From the human T2T-CHM13v2.0 reference genome, Homo sapiens, in the NCBI RefSeq assembly GCF_009914755.1, contig NC_060937.1: a stretch of 64,000 nt of DNA, one strand, 5' to 3'. How positions within the stretch are numbered: position 1 is the first letter of the stretch; every line of letters begins with the position of its first letter. Positions 1-12,376 of the stretch are shown piece after piece. The notes beneath the pieces are model-generated. The model did no database searches. It had not been told where the DNA came from and was given only the letters and a program-made list of their open reading frames with translations. The translations under genes and the position numbers were made by a program.

Positions 1-539
1 CTCAGTTGCTTTTCATCTGGTGGTTAATTATAACTTAAATAAAATTCTCATTTTTGGTTAAGAAGCTGTAAGAAAGTAGCCTCTTCAGGAAATATTGTAG
101 GTAAGAAAATCACCATGGCATTCAGAATTCAAGGTTGAAGGTTGTGTGTTACAGTGACGATTGGAAGACAGCAATGCAGCAATAAAATTTCATTACGTTT
201 ATCTAGGTAATGTGATAGTATCCTCTATAAGACTCAGGGATACACAATAGGAAGCAAACAAGAACAGGGCAATGTTAGCTTTGCAATGTCTTCCTTATAT
301 TATCAATATTTTAGAGTTAGAATGACTTAAGATTTTCATCCCACAAGGAAAGACGCCAATTGTACAGAAAGTTAATAAAAACAGACCTCCTCAAACTATT
401 ATGTAGGTTAATGTCTTTTAAAAAATGGCCAGATATTCTAACTATGTTATTTTAATAAGGTTTTAATTCAATATTCATAAAAACAAAATATTTCAATGTT
501 TTTTTGAATAGCTAACTTACTCCACAAACTGAGATACTG

Positions 540-1230
540 GCTAAGTCACATGTTTATTGTGTATCAGTTACTTACAGTGGTCGGTGCCTGTTGGATGCTT
601 ACCTAGGCACTAAGCCTGGCTCTAGAAAGAGAGGTAAATAATATTAACTTATATAGACCCTCATTCAGAAACATACAGGTGAATAAGAGATAAAAACAAT
701 AAAAGTAGCTTGAGATTTAAAGGAGCACAATGAATGATTGCTATATCATTAGTACTTTGAAATATTCCTGACACTTAACTTGACCTCGATAGTATTTGTT
801 GAATGAATGCAGAAAATTACATGACTGCAGGGACTTGAAGGATGATTAGAAGGTATTTTAGGCAAGTGCCTAGTAAGAAATGAGTTTGTGCTATTGGGTG
901 GGTCAGGGCAATCCCAGAGGAAGTCCTGACAGATGGAGAGCTGATAAAGGAAAACAGATATAAGGGAGAGGTATAAGTCACGGTAGGTCTTCCTAATCAT
1001 GTGAAGGATTTCTCTCTTTACCTAAGAAAAATATAGAGCCCTGAAAGCAATGTCAGTTGGGGACCAGCATGTGTGACTGCCCTTTAGAATGATTGCTGTA
1101 GTATCCATTAGGCAGTGGGCCAGATTGTGCAATGCTCCCCGACCTCAGATTGAAGAAACCCACAAGGAGTCTAAAGCCCCACTTCAGGCTGGAGGTGATG
1201 GGGAACTGAGCTGAGACTGTGCTGACCAGG
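540..1230 (-). mobile_element. L2 LINE fragments (old, degraded)
   Basis: L2-like purine-rich phrases such as 'tttctctttacctaagaaaaatatagagccctgaaag' and 'caggctggaggtgatgggg'; boundaries and orientation approximate. Confidence 0.45.
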
Positions 1231-4200
1231 ATCGAGGTGGATTCCAATGTAAGAATTCCCCTAGAACACTTAAACGCAAATTTGGGAACTTGAAACAATC
1301 TTGTAGATTATTTTACTCTCTTTTTAAAAGAGAATTGTGGACATTGGGCTGAGAGATGGAGCGACTTTTCTTGAGATATGTATCCAACTTTCCTATCAAC
1401 ACTACTTTCCTGTGCTCTTCTGCAAGAATGGATTCAGCTCACCTCTAGGCGCTCACTACAGACCAACCCAAATGCAGTTAGAATTCACAGTTTTTATCAG
1501 GAGGCTTTGTTTGTATTTTGTAAGCTAAATTATTAGATTACCTCCTGACTATAATTTCTCAGGGTGTAGGAATATCCTAATAAAGCCAATGTCTTCATCA
1601 CACTTTTCAAAGAACTAAGGCAGTGTCTCATTCGCAACTGTTTTAGGGTATTCTCTTTTTTCATAAGTAGTGTTTTGGGGATTCAGAGATGAATACAAAA
1701 CAAAACACACACACACACAATAAAAAAAAATCACTATTGGTAGGAAAAAGGTGGAAATAGAGTATGTTTCTTCATATAGACATATTCTTAGCTAAAAAAA
1801 AAATGCTGTTACTTAAACCCAATATCAGTTTTACCCAATCGGAGAGAAATTACTGAGGCTCCCTCCCTTCCTTCCTTTTCCTTCTATTTCTCTCTCCCAC
1901 TTCCCTATCCTTTTTTGTTTTAATGCGACAAATTTCCCATTGTTTCCTTGAACATTTTTTCTTCAAATTCAATATGACTTGGACAATTTCCTAAAAATAA
2001 AGCTCATGATTTAATTGTATAGAAAGGTCTCTGAACTGCATCCAATACACCTATGTTCTAACTTCAGCTTTTCAATCAGAAGATCTATGTTTTTCAGTGA
2101 GTTTTAAACTCCTACGGCTTTAATGATCTTATGTAATAAATGACAGGTTTGGCCAAGAAGATCTACAGATTATTCAGTTCTAACCATCTATGAAACCAGG
2201 AAAATTGAATCTAAAAATCTATATACTCAGATCATAAGAGGGAAGTCTTTGTAAGCACTGTGGTTAGAAAGCGGCTGAGAATAAGCTATTTAGAGAGAAA
2301 ACATTGCCTGTTATAATGTAAGGCACACTCGACTAAAATAACATCTGAGATCTCTCCAGAGTGTCTCTGCCACCCCTACTTTGGGGTCCTTGGCCCAGTC
2401 ACTCAACCTCCCTAAGATAGTTTTCCCATCTTTTAAAGGGATAACGTAAAGTTGTTTCTCTGTCTCAAATACTTCAGGCAGATCAAATAAAAAACAATGA
2501 TAATCAATAATGCAGGTATTTATATCATGGTGACATGGCTTATTAATATTTTCCTATTTTCCTTAAATGTTACACAACAAATTTCCAATTGCATTTGAGT
2601 TTGCCTTTAAATAATTAAGGAGTGCTTAAAAATTTAACACTTAGTTTGATTCTATAAAAGGTTTAATTCATTAAATTATTCCTTCGCGTCTAACCCTGGA
2701 ATCCACATGCTTATATTTGCTAGTTTTCATATGGATCCATCCACCTTGCCAACGCCATCGATAGCCTTGCAGGACCAATAAGCATAAACAAAGACACAGA
2801 ATTCTCTATGCTTATATGTCATTATAAATACATCCATATATGTATATTTAAAATTTTATCTTCTTGAGTAATTTTGTGGCAAATCTTTCTCTTCTGCATG
2901 AAGAAGGCCTAGTTAGTGGAAAAACGGACAGGGCAATTTCGCAGCTCTCTTAACATAGACAGACTCTCTGGTCTCAGTCATGTCTATAAAAGGAACTTTT
3001 ATTAAATTGAAAATCATTTCTGATTAAAATTTCTTTTTATGAAAATCTTACTGCTTATTGTTTTATAAAGCAATGCTAAAATTAACAAAAACGATCATTT
3101 TTATTTTTCATTGTACTGATATGCAATTTAATTATTAGTTTTACAATTTAGACACTGCTGAAATGTTATTGCAAAAAAAATTTCTAGTTAAAACACATTT
3201 TCTCTTCTCATTTTCCAGGTGACTTTTGGACTCATGACTCCATTTGCTGTTAGCTGAAAATTTATAGAGGTAACAATTCATTTCCTAAGAAGAAAGATTG
3301 CCATGTGCTAGCCAAAATTGCTCAAATATAAGAACTTACTCTCAATCAGAAAAGTTGGCTAAATATGAGAGGTTCTTTTTATAAATTTGAAGCAATAATG
3401 AGTTATTGTTTTTAGAGATAAAAGTCATCAACATGCACATAGTACAGTCTAAAATTAGTGATACAGGCTTATTTTTAATATACCGAAGTATATCAAAACA
3501 AAAAGATAAAAATGGATTAGCCATTATCATATAAAATGTACACTCCTCTCCTTTTAATAACAGATGAGTAATGAACACATTAACAGAGAGGCAATTTAAA
3601 ATCTGACTATAAAAACTAAATTGAAGAAGATAGTGAAGATTAAAACTAAAATCCTTGGACTATCATGTGGGGCACCAGTGAACCATGGTATCTGTGTCTG
3701 CTGCTCCATTTTCTATATTTCCATCTGTGACTCCAAATGCCAGCAGGATTCTGGTGAATACACTTATCTGTTTTAAAAATGACTTGCTTTTTGCACGTTT
3801 AGACACTCTCATGACATACATTTCTTAAGCTGTGCATGAGGAGATTGTTCCACTTTGTTGCCCTGGAGTAGGAGGAACATAGCAAGAGGTGACACATACC
3901 AGTCACGTGCAGGAGGCTGTGTTTTAACTCAAAGAATTTATTTTTAATTGAGGTAAAAGTCATTCTCAATTTCGGATCTTCCAGAAATAATTGGTTCTCT
4001 AACCATATTCAAAGACAGAAATGATTCATGTAGCTAAAATATGTCTAAGCCATCAAAAAAAGCATTCGAGCACACAAAAGTTAAAATATTAATACCGTTC
4101 CTCCCCCATTTTCTAAGTCAGTGACCTTTAGATCAGAAATGATGTACTCCTTATAACTGCATTCTTGCCAATAATCGTTTCCCAAATGCAAGCATACTAA

Positions 4201-4854
4201 AATTGCTTTCATGCTGTTTAGAGGGCTTAGGGGCTACATTTAAAATTGGTGGCTTTTAATCCAAATAATTATTTTGTCTTTTTTTTAAATCTACATTTAG
4301 AATTCAGTCTTTTTCCCCCTTTCTTTCTAAGGAATTTAGAAACTATTTTCTCATTTGTATAATTAGGCATTTTAGAAGAACCAAAATGAAAATACTCAAA
4401 GCAGTGTAATTCCAACCTGAATGAGTGGATTTTTCATTTCTTGGGAAACGTATCTGAACAAAACATTGCTGATTTCAGAAAAGTATAGGATGCATTTCAG
4501 TTAACATGTCTGATATTCTTTTGGAACTCAGTTGAAAAGGCAAGTAAGAAAGTTATTCTCCACAATTAAGGCTGGAGAATTAAACATGATATGAAAGAAG
4601 AGGGAGAATATGGCATGTTCCCTCATTAATATTCCATAATGTCTTTATTTTAGAAATTTAAGCTCACAGTATGAAACTTATCTCAGAATAATTTCTGTGC
4701 TACTTCCAAGCTACCCGGTGGTGGTGGCCAGTGGGTGACATCATGAAGCTGTGCCGCAGCCTCAAGACCATAGCTGAATTCTTGTAGGAACAGACATCAG
4801 CAAGTCCCCCTCTCAATCTCATGTTAGCCATGAGATCGTGATAATACTACAGGT

Positions 4855-5090
4855 AATAATTGTGAGAGCTTTCATTTTTCTGAGTGCTTACTATGTGCCA
4901 GACCCTATGGCATGTGTTTTACATGCATCTTCTCATTACAAGAAAGTATACTCCAAACTTGATACAGTATGTTTGCAGTTTACAGGTAAGAAAACTGATG
5001 ATTAGAAATTCCATCATTTGTCCCAGGGCGCAGAACAATTGACTCATGGAGTTTATCACACATTGGCTCTAGAAACGAACTCTTAGCTGC
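4855..5090 (-). mobile_element. MIR SINE
   Basis: 'tgagtgcttactatgtgccagacc...tttacaggtaagaaaactgatgattaga' matches the reverse complement of the MIR core. Confidence 0.75.
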
Positions 5091-6231
5091 TGCAATACCC
5101 AAAAGGATGATTTAAACAAAAAGCTTGTCAAGGCATGGCTTTCATTTGTGACAAAGACATCATTTAATACAATCACATTAATAATATTCTGTGTTTTCCT
5201 TAAGTCAGAATTCTAAGAACTTGAATGTGCTTCCTTTCCAGTGAAATAGTTGAAGCTATTACTGTTCATGGCATTAAATATGTAATACATCCTCCTGCTC
5301 TCTTTCCAGCTTCATCAGGCGTCATAACCAACTGTTCCTAAAAGAAGTGGAGACATTCTCCTTCCTTCCGGTTAACTAATTCGGGACTTGGCTTTGCAGA
5401 TTCATAACAGAGACGACGACAAATTCATTATTAGGCCTATTTACTTAATAGCATATTATCATGTTTTTGTTTTTATTATTTCTATTATCTATTAGTTTTT
5501 GTTATGGGTATCACTTATGGGTTTCACAGGAAAAAAAAAGATTAAAGAAAGCAGAACTTTATTCCTAGGAAGGAAAAAATTCTAACTTGATCCTTCTTGG
5601 AAATTTCCATCTATGTACATATGACACTAAAATGTTCTATAGCCTAAAAATGTGGCTTATCTTTCCATATGGTGCTTTTCCAAAGAGCTAGACAAGGGTG
5701 TTGCAGATTAAACAAAGTGGGCTCAAGTCCCTGCTGCTGGGAAACATCCTCTCTGTACAGTGAAACATATTAGTTGAAGAAAACATTTGTTGAAACATTT
5801 TCCAGCAGACAACCTGTTCCCACGCTGAGAAGCTAATGTCTTGCCCCTTATGCACCAGTTAATTCATTCCAAAAACACAGGTAGACCCAGCCAGGCTGTA
5901 TCATTGAAATAATTATCCATCAAGGGATGCAAACCTGGGAGTGTTTCAATTTTGGGATTCAATAGCCAGATCTCCAAAAAATTTCCCGAAATACCCTACA
6001 GCACACAAGTCTTCATTTATATATACAGTGCAGGCAAAATGTGTTTTCCATTGCCTAAATTCACATGTACATTCAAAAGCCCCAAAATGAGCATTTTACA
6101 ATCCTTGTTACAAAAATTATTATGACAATGGTACTAGTGAGCACATGGATCAAATCAGGTAGTAGAAGTGGATCTGCTACTCCCTAAGGAAACATGCTCA
6201 ATCTTACCAATGTTGTGTTCCTTAACATCTC

Positions 6232-6347
6232 ATATATATATATATGTGTGTGTGTTTGTGTGTGTATGTATACATATATAGATGTGTGTGTTTATATATG
6301 TATATACACACATATGTATATCTTATTTATTTATATATATATATATT
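6232..6347. repeat. (TA)n/(TG)n compound microsatellite occupying the Alu tail position
   Basis: Visible dinucleotide runs lying inside the Alu target-site duplication. Confidence 0.9.
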
Positions 6348-6630
6348 TTGAGATGGAGTCTTGCTCTGTCACTGAGACTGGAGCGCAGTGGTGCAATCTC
6401 TGCTCACTGCAACCTCTGCCTCCAGGGTTCAAGCGATTCTCCTGCCTCAGCCTCCTAAGTAGCTGGGATTACAGGTGCCAGCCACAGTGCCCAGCTAATT
6501 TTTGTATTTTTAGTAGAGTCAGGGTTTCACCATGTTGGCCAGGCTGGTTTCGAACTCCTGACCTCAGGTAATCCACCTGCCTCGGCCTTCCAAAGTGCTA
6601 AGATTACAGGCATGAGCCACTGCGCCTGGC
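6348..6630 (-). mobile_element. AluS-family SINE, full length
   Basis: Both Alu arms in reverse orientation; TSD CCTTAACATCTC at 6220-6231 and 6632-6643. Confidence 0.97.
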
Positions 6631-6994
6631 ACCTTAACATCTCTTGAGAGGAAACATTTCAAAAATATTTGTTGACAAATTAAAAAAAAATTACACTGTA
6701 AACTTAATGCAAAATTGGCTTTCAAGCTGAATAGTGAGTTGGTTGGTTGGTTGACTCCATATTTTCTGTGCTATGATATTACTGAGGCACCAGTGATTTA
6801 GAGTACTTGAAAACAAAATCTATCTGTCCTGAAAAGTGAAATAATTGATTATTCCTGATTTGTCTCTATTCCACAGAAATTTAACATTGCTAACATTATC
6901 AAAGGTATCATTTGCACTTTGCTCTGCTCTAGGCTGCTTATAATTGGAGGTAATTCATTTTCTATTATTCTGAAGGCAGATTCTTATTATATTT

Positions 6995-7073
6995 ATACAT
7001 TGGTGCAAAAGTATTTGTGGTTTTTGTCATCAGTTAATGGCAAAACCGCAATTACCTTTTGCACTCAATCTAA
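6995..7073. mobile_element. MADE1 (Hsmar1 MITE) copy 1
   Basis: 'ttggtgcaaaagtatttgtggtttttgtcat...aatggcaaaaccgcaattaccttttgcactcaatctaa', ~80-bp palindromic mariner TIR pair. Confidence 0.9.
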
Positions 7074-7199
7074 CAGATTTCAGTCATTGCATTTCTAGAA
7101 AATACTACAAGGGCCCAAAATGTAGGAAACCTAAATCCAATCCAGGTCGAAGACAAAAATCCTATTGAACTTATAAAGTAATTCTAATTGAACAAAAAT

Positions 7200-7540
7200 A
7201 AGAGTACTGCATAGTAAAACATTAGGAATTTAAGTACGCAGGTCTTAAAAGATTGTAGGCTTAAATTAAATAAATGAAAGATTATAAATAAGCAAGCCAA
7301 CATTTAATTCACAAGCCTGAAAAATAAACATATGGATAATGCAGAGAAAGAAGGAAGAAATAAGTAATGAAACGAATATAGATTTAATAAATTAGAAGGC
7401 AAAATAAGAGATATTTTCAAAACACCAGAGGAAGGTTCTTCGAAACTAGTAGTAAATTAGAAAATCTTCAAGCCAAAATAAAGTTGTTGTTGTTGTTGTT
7501 TTTCCTTGTAAAGAGAAGTCCAAAATATACACTAAACAGA
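7200..7540 (+). mobile_element. Old L1 (L1M) ORF2-region remnant
   Basis: A-rich text resembling L1 'agaaggaaggaaataataaagat...' region; heavily diverged. Confidence 0.45.
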
Positions 7541-7639
7541 GGGTTATTATTTCTTTGGCTTAAAGACACCCACTTAGGAAGCCCTCACTCCTCCCTCCTG
7601 CTCTGTGATATCGGGGTGTCTCCCTCTCAGAGGCAAAAT

Positions 7640-7830
7640 AATGCCTCGGAGTTGAGAACCCTGGGTTGGAGTCCTGGTTCTCTCACTTACTAGCTGTGTG
7701 ACCCTGGGCAATTTACTTAACTACCCTTGCCTTACTTATCATTTCTTTCAAATGAGAAAAATACCGGAAGCCACCACACAGGGCTTCATGAGAATTTGAT
7801 GGGCAGCATTTGTAAAGCAGGGAAAACCAC
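7640..7830 (+). mobile_element. MIR SINE
   Basis: 'cctgggttggagtcctggttctctcacttactagctgtgtgaccctgggcaatttacttaac' MIR core. Confidence 0.85.
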
Positions 7831-7999
7831 ACCTGTAACAGTGAAAACATAATTAGTCTATAAATCCATTCCCCTAATCTTCCTCTACAGAAGGATGAGC
7901 GTTCTGTCATGGACTTCACTGTCTACACTGAAATGCTGGACTACAAGCACCTCTATGTGAAACTCTGCCATTTTCTTAATTTCCATCTCATTATTTTAA

Positions 8000-8600
8000 A
8001 ACATTTCTACTAATTCTTGACATTTCTCCCATTAAAAGGTAAGGTGTAATTTCTCTCCCTCTAAGTATGAAACAACTTTAATGTCTTATTTTGATGAACA
8101 GAATGTGTTGGAAGTAACGTTACGTGGCACCTGAGATTAGGTCATTAGAGGTAAAACAGCTTCTCCCAGCTCTCTTGTGGGAATCATGCCGTTGGGATCC
8201 AGACATAATATTGTGAGAAACCCAGGACACGTGGAGAAGGCACATGATAATGTTAAGCCAAAAGCACTCACTAAAGATCCAGCCAACAGCCAGTGTCAAT
8301 GATCAAATACATGAATGAAAGAATCTACAGATAATTCCAGGCCCCCTATTGCAAGTTGGAGGAGAAATGAACTGAGCCTACAGAGATCTGCCCAATATGC
8401 AGACTTATGATAAAATAAATATTGTTTTTAAGCCATTAGGTTCTAGGGTGGCTTGTTACACAGCAATATATTACCAGCACAGACTTTGTTACTTAAAGGG
8501 GAGTTTTGCCATGTCCAAAACCCTAAAATACATACGAGTAGCTTCCTGATTGGGTGGTTGGGGGAAGCCACACTTGGTGACATACAGCTAATTCTAGAAG
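8000..8600 (+). mobile_element. MLT1-family MaLR LTR plus start of internal sequence
   Basis: LTR 3' end 'tgtttttaagccattaggttctagggtggcttgttacacagcaatatattaccagcaca' (~8480) followed by MLT-int-like sequence. Confidence 0.75.
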
Positions 8601-8709
8601 TGTAAGCAACGGTTGCAGGGCACTTACTATATGTCGAATATAATTAAGCAACTTGAAAATTGAAGAGAAAAAACATATGATTGTGTTGACTCCGAAAAAA
8701 ATAGAATTC

Positions 8710-9662
8710 ATCCCCAAGGCTAAGGATGAGGCTACTTCGCCAGTGAAGGAAGAGGTGAACGGCATCCTTTGAAGCAGGATCAGACCCAGCCCGCAGAGAT
8801 GGAGAGTGACTCTGCTGGAAGGAAGGCAGGTGAGGTTAAGCTAACGATGCTGCCGTGGGTTCCACGCACTCAGCAAGAGTGGGACACCTGTGCTGGGCCG
8901 GGCACCAGGGATGGTGCCGAGTGGGGCAGAGGCCTGCCTTCAAGGAGTTCACAGTGAACAAGATGAGAAGGGCTGGGCCCTGCAGGGTCAAGAGCCCCAG
9001 TTGTGTACAAGACACTTTGGGAGGAAAGAAGACTACCTTTTCTTTTCCCCCTGCCGTTGGTATAGCTGGTGCCCCAAAACTTCCACCTCCCTCCCTGGCC
9101 ACCTCTAAAATGATTGGTATAGGTCCTGCCCTACCCCTTAGCTCCCCTATCCTGGGCTAGAAGGCCAGAGGGGCTGTCCTCTAGAATTCTTCCTCCCCTC
9201 TCCCACACCATTCATTCAGTTCATGAAACAAATCTTCGCCGAGAGCAGTTTATGTGCCAGGAACATCATTCTGTCCTTGCAACCTGGAACAAGACCAGCT
9301 ACCACCCTAGCTTCATCCCCTACTTGCACCAACCAGTCCCGGGTGAGATCTCAAATGCTAGAAGCCAGGGATGCCCAACTCTGGGCGGCCCCAGTCAGAA
9401 CCCCTGGGATCTCAGTGAAGCTGGCCTGGCCTCTGCTCCTGCTCTCAAGGGGCTGCTTTTCAACCAAGAGCCTTGTGAGCCTGGTCTGAGCCTTGCACAG
9501 CCACTGAGTATTTTTTATTCCTTAGCCAGTGTACCTCCTACCTCAGTCTATGTGAGAGGAAGAGAATGTGTGTCCCTGTGGGTCTCCGCAAGTGACAAAC
9601 GTGTTGTTTTTAACAGTATTATTAGGTTATGATTAAAGCCTCATGAAATCCTCCAAAAAAAA
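8710..9662 (+). pseudogene. 5'-truncated processed pseudogene: last ~20 codons (IPKAKDEATSPVKEEVNGIL*) plus ~880 nt 3'UTR; parent gene not identified
   Basis: Abrupt GC/CpG-rich island in AT-rich L1 remnant; TGA 8770-8772; ATTAAA 9632-9637; A-tail from 9655; imperfect TSD AAAAAAATAGAATTC / AAAAAAATGTTGAATTC. Confidence 0.8.
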
Positions 9663-10650
9663 TGTTGAATTCCATAAAATTTCCCTCCTTAAAGGAAAAT
9701 CTTAGCAAACTGTTGTCAAAGAATATCATAGATTCAAAAGACAAATAATATACTTGGATAAAATAAATGCATGTATATCCACATCACAGACAAATAATAA
9801 TTACCAAAGATGCATCTATATTTACATGAATTAACAGGCATATACATATGTGTGTGTGTTTCTCAAAATCAAAATTTTAAAAGGGGAAAAATAGAAAAAC
9901 AAATGACAGGAGGAAACAGAAGAGAACTTCCAAATAGCAAAGAGAATATAGATAAATGATGATGATTGATAGACAATCAACTTTAGAAGTGATGAAATGA
10001 ATACAAATGAAAATTACAATGAAATGCTTCCTGTCTGCTCTCAGATTTACACAAACGTAAATGGTCTAAAAAATTAAATGAGGATAAAGATATGGGGAAA
10101 AATAAACTCACAGCTGTTACTAGGGAAGAGGAAACTGGTACAGCTACTTTGACAAGCACCTGGGCAGTATCTAATGTAACTGAAGATGTATGTATTACAT
10201 ATGACCTATCTGTTCTCCTTGCAAGAGTATACACTAGACAATCACTCACATTGTACGAGAAGACTGGAGAGTTAAACAAGAGTACCCATTACACCAAAAT
10301 TTATTAAAGAAATTCCAAAATATCTACTTACCTTAGTGGATGAATAGATGATTTAAACACTTAAAAGAAATATTGTATATATTAATGAAAAGATCTCTAA
10401 AACATAATTTCAAGTAAAAAAAAGACAGTATGATACAGTGAGCATTTTGTCATTTATAAACTTTAAATAGACATGAAACCATGAAATATGTTGTTTCTAA
10501 ATACAATATGTGTGCAGATGTTTGAAAATTGTACTAGGACGATACATGTCAATTTATGATAATACCAGCCTCTGGATTCTCAATCATGGTTTAAGAGAAT
10601 TTGAACATTATTTGTATCATTAAAGTTAAGTTATATGAAAATACTTGAAA
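9663..10650 (+). mobile_element. Old L1 (L1ME-like) fragments
   Basis: 'aaactggtacagctactttgacaagcacctgggcagtatct...atatgacctatctgttctcctt' matches degraded L1 ORF2 end/3' region; continues an L1-like stretch at ~8640-8700. Confidence 0.65.
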
Positions 10651-11199
10651 ATAAATATTGTTTAAGTGGAAATGAAACAGAATGGTCTCTGGAAAGTAGA
10701 AAATGGGTTCATGAGCCTATGCGCAGGGAATGATAAACCTACGTCCGTTGTGAAAAATCCTTAATTCTAAGAATATTATTTGAGGATGGACAGAGTCAAC
10801 ACGGAGGTTTCCTTTTCATCAGTGGGGGACCAGGGGCTGGGCGAGCTGACACTAGTGTTGAGAATGACATTGGCACTGTGTGGAGGAGGTAGGTGTCAAT
10901 AAAACCCAACCGTATGTTTTGAAAATGATGCTGCAGGCCACGTATAGATGAGTAGGAAGGTGGAAGGAGAGAAAGAAGTAGAGGACAGGGAAAACGGAGC
11001 ACTCTCCGTGCTACAGTCTAGATATCACAAGAGCAGAAACTGCCCTGCAGGTGTAACCATTTTTGTGTGATACTTTGTGTAATTATTTCATTTTGTTCCC
11101 TTCCTGGTATTTAGCAGTCCTTTAAAAAAAATGTCAGTCTGTCTCAGCTGTGCTAAGGGAAAACAAGGAAAGGCGTTTTAGTCAGAGCTTGAAACGGAG

Positions 11200-11562
11200 T
11201 CCTCTGTCGGTAGGATGGTAAAATGGTGCAGCTGCTGTGGAAGACAGTACTAAAGTTCCTCAAAAAATTAAAAATAGAATTATCATATGATCCAGCAATC
11301 ACACTTCTGGACTTATATCCAAACAAACTGAAAACAGGATCTGGAAGAGAGATGTGCACATTCATATTCACGATAGCCAAAAGGCAAAAACAACTAGAGT
11401 GTCCATTGATGGATGAACGGGTAAAGCAAATGTGGCACATAAATAACATGGAATATTATTGTAGCATTTAAAAACAAGGAAATCTTGTCATATACTACAA
11501 AAAAGATGAATCTTGAGAATGTTATATTAAGTAAAATAGGCCAGTCACTAAGGAAAACTAAT
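11200..11562 (+). mobile_element. L1MB-type 3' region, part 1
   Basis: 'aaatggtgcagctgctgtggaagacagt...tagaattatcatatgatccagcaatcacacttctgg'; ORF 11223-11471 is L1 ORF2 C-terminus-like. Confidence 0.9.
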
Positions 11563-11890
11563 GGGTTGAGTGCAGTGGCTCACGCCTGTAATCTTAGCCA
11601 CTTGGAGAGGCAGAGGTGGGAGGATTGCTTGAGGCCAGGAGTTCAAGACCAGTCTGGGCAAAAAAGCAAGACCAAATTTCTACAAAAAGTAAAAAGAAGA
11701 AAAAAAAGCAAGAGAGAGATAAAAAAAGAGAACAAAAAATTAGCAGGGAATGGTGGCATACACCTATAAGCTCAGTTACTTGGGAGGCTGGGTTTGGAGG
11801 ATTGCCTGAGCCCAGGAGTTCGGGGTTACAGTGAGCTAAGATTGCACCACTGCACTCCAGCCTGGATGACACAGCCAGACTCTGTCTCAG
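11563..11890 (+). mobile_element. AluJ SINE with expanded A-rich middle linker
   Basis: 'gggaggattgcttgaggccaggagttcaagaccag' (AluJ type); linker ~11684-11740 enlarged. Confidence 0.92.
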
Positions 11891-12170
11891 AAGAAAGAAA
11901 GGAAAGACAAAAAAGGAAGGAAGGCACGAAGAAGAAAGAAGAGAAGAGAAGAGGAGAGGAGAGGAGAGAGACAGGGAAAGAGAGAGAGAAAGAAAGAGGA
12001 GGCAGAGAAGGAGGGAGAGAGGGGAGTGGGGGGGAGAGAGGGGAGTGGGGGGGAGAGAGGGGAGTGGGGGGGAGAGAGGGGAGGGGGAGGGAGGAAGGGG
12101 AGGGGGGAGGGGAGGAGGAGTGGGGAGGGGAGAGGGTGGGAGGGAGAGAGGAAGGAAGGAAGGAAAGAAA
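11890..12170. repeat. Polypurine (GA/G-rich) tract with ~3 copies of 19-bp unit GAGAGAGGGGAGTGGGGGG
   Basis: Directly visible; unit starts at 12015, 12034, 12053. Confidence 0.92.
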
Positions 12171-12376
12171 ACAATAATGCATGATTCCAATTATATGAAC
12201 AATCAGAAGTTATTAAACTCAAAGAAAACAGAAATTTGCCAGGGGAGGGGAAGAGGAAAAAAGCAGGGTTGCTGTTCAGTAGGTATGAAGCTTCAGCCAC
12301 GCAAGACAAAAACGTTCTAGAGATCTGTTGTATAACTATGTGCATATAGTTACCAATACTGCAATATACATTTAAA
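12171..12376 (+). mobile_element. L1MB-type 3' region, part 2
   Basis: 'tgcatgattccaattatatgaac...gttctagagatctgttgtataactatgtgcatatagttaccaatactg' continues part 1. Confidence 0.8.

Noticed and set aside
2778-2815. Hairpin ATAAGCATA...TATGCTTAT, plus small stems at ~4816-4836, ~10994-11009 and palindrome TCACCATGGTGA at 37945-37956
   Set aside because: Stems of 6-9 bp are expected by chance in 64 kb and are too short for pre-miRNA
4975-4992. TACAG|GTAAGA recursive-splice-like motif
   Set aside because: Point variant of the MIR core 'tacagatgaggaaact' with a poor pyrimidine tract
6194-6571. 125-aa ORF and similar Alu-overlapping ORFs at ~14.6, 22 and 60 kb
   Set aside because: Translations of Alu and microsatellite sequence
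8769-9632. Cluster of 60-126 aa ORFs
   Set aside because: They lie in the GC-rich 3'UTR of the retrocopy, where stop codons are rare; no recognisable protein
11594-12345. Long Pro/Ser- or Gly/Glu-rich ORFs (up to 198 aa)
   Set aside because: Artefacts of the polypurine tract and the AluJ
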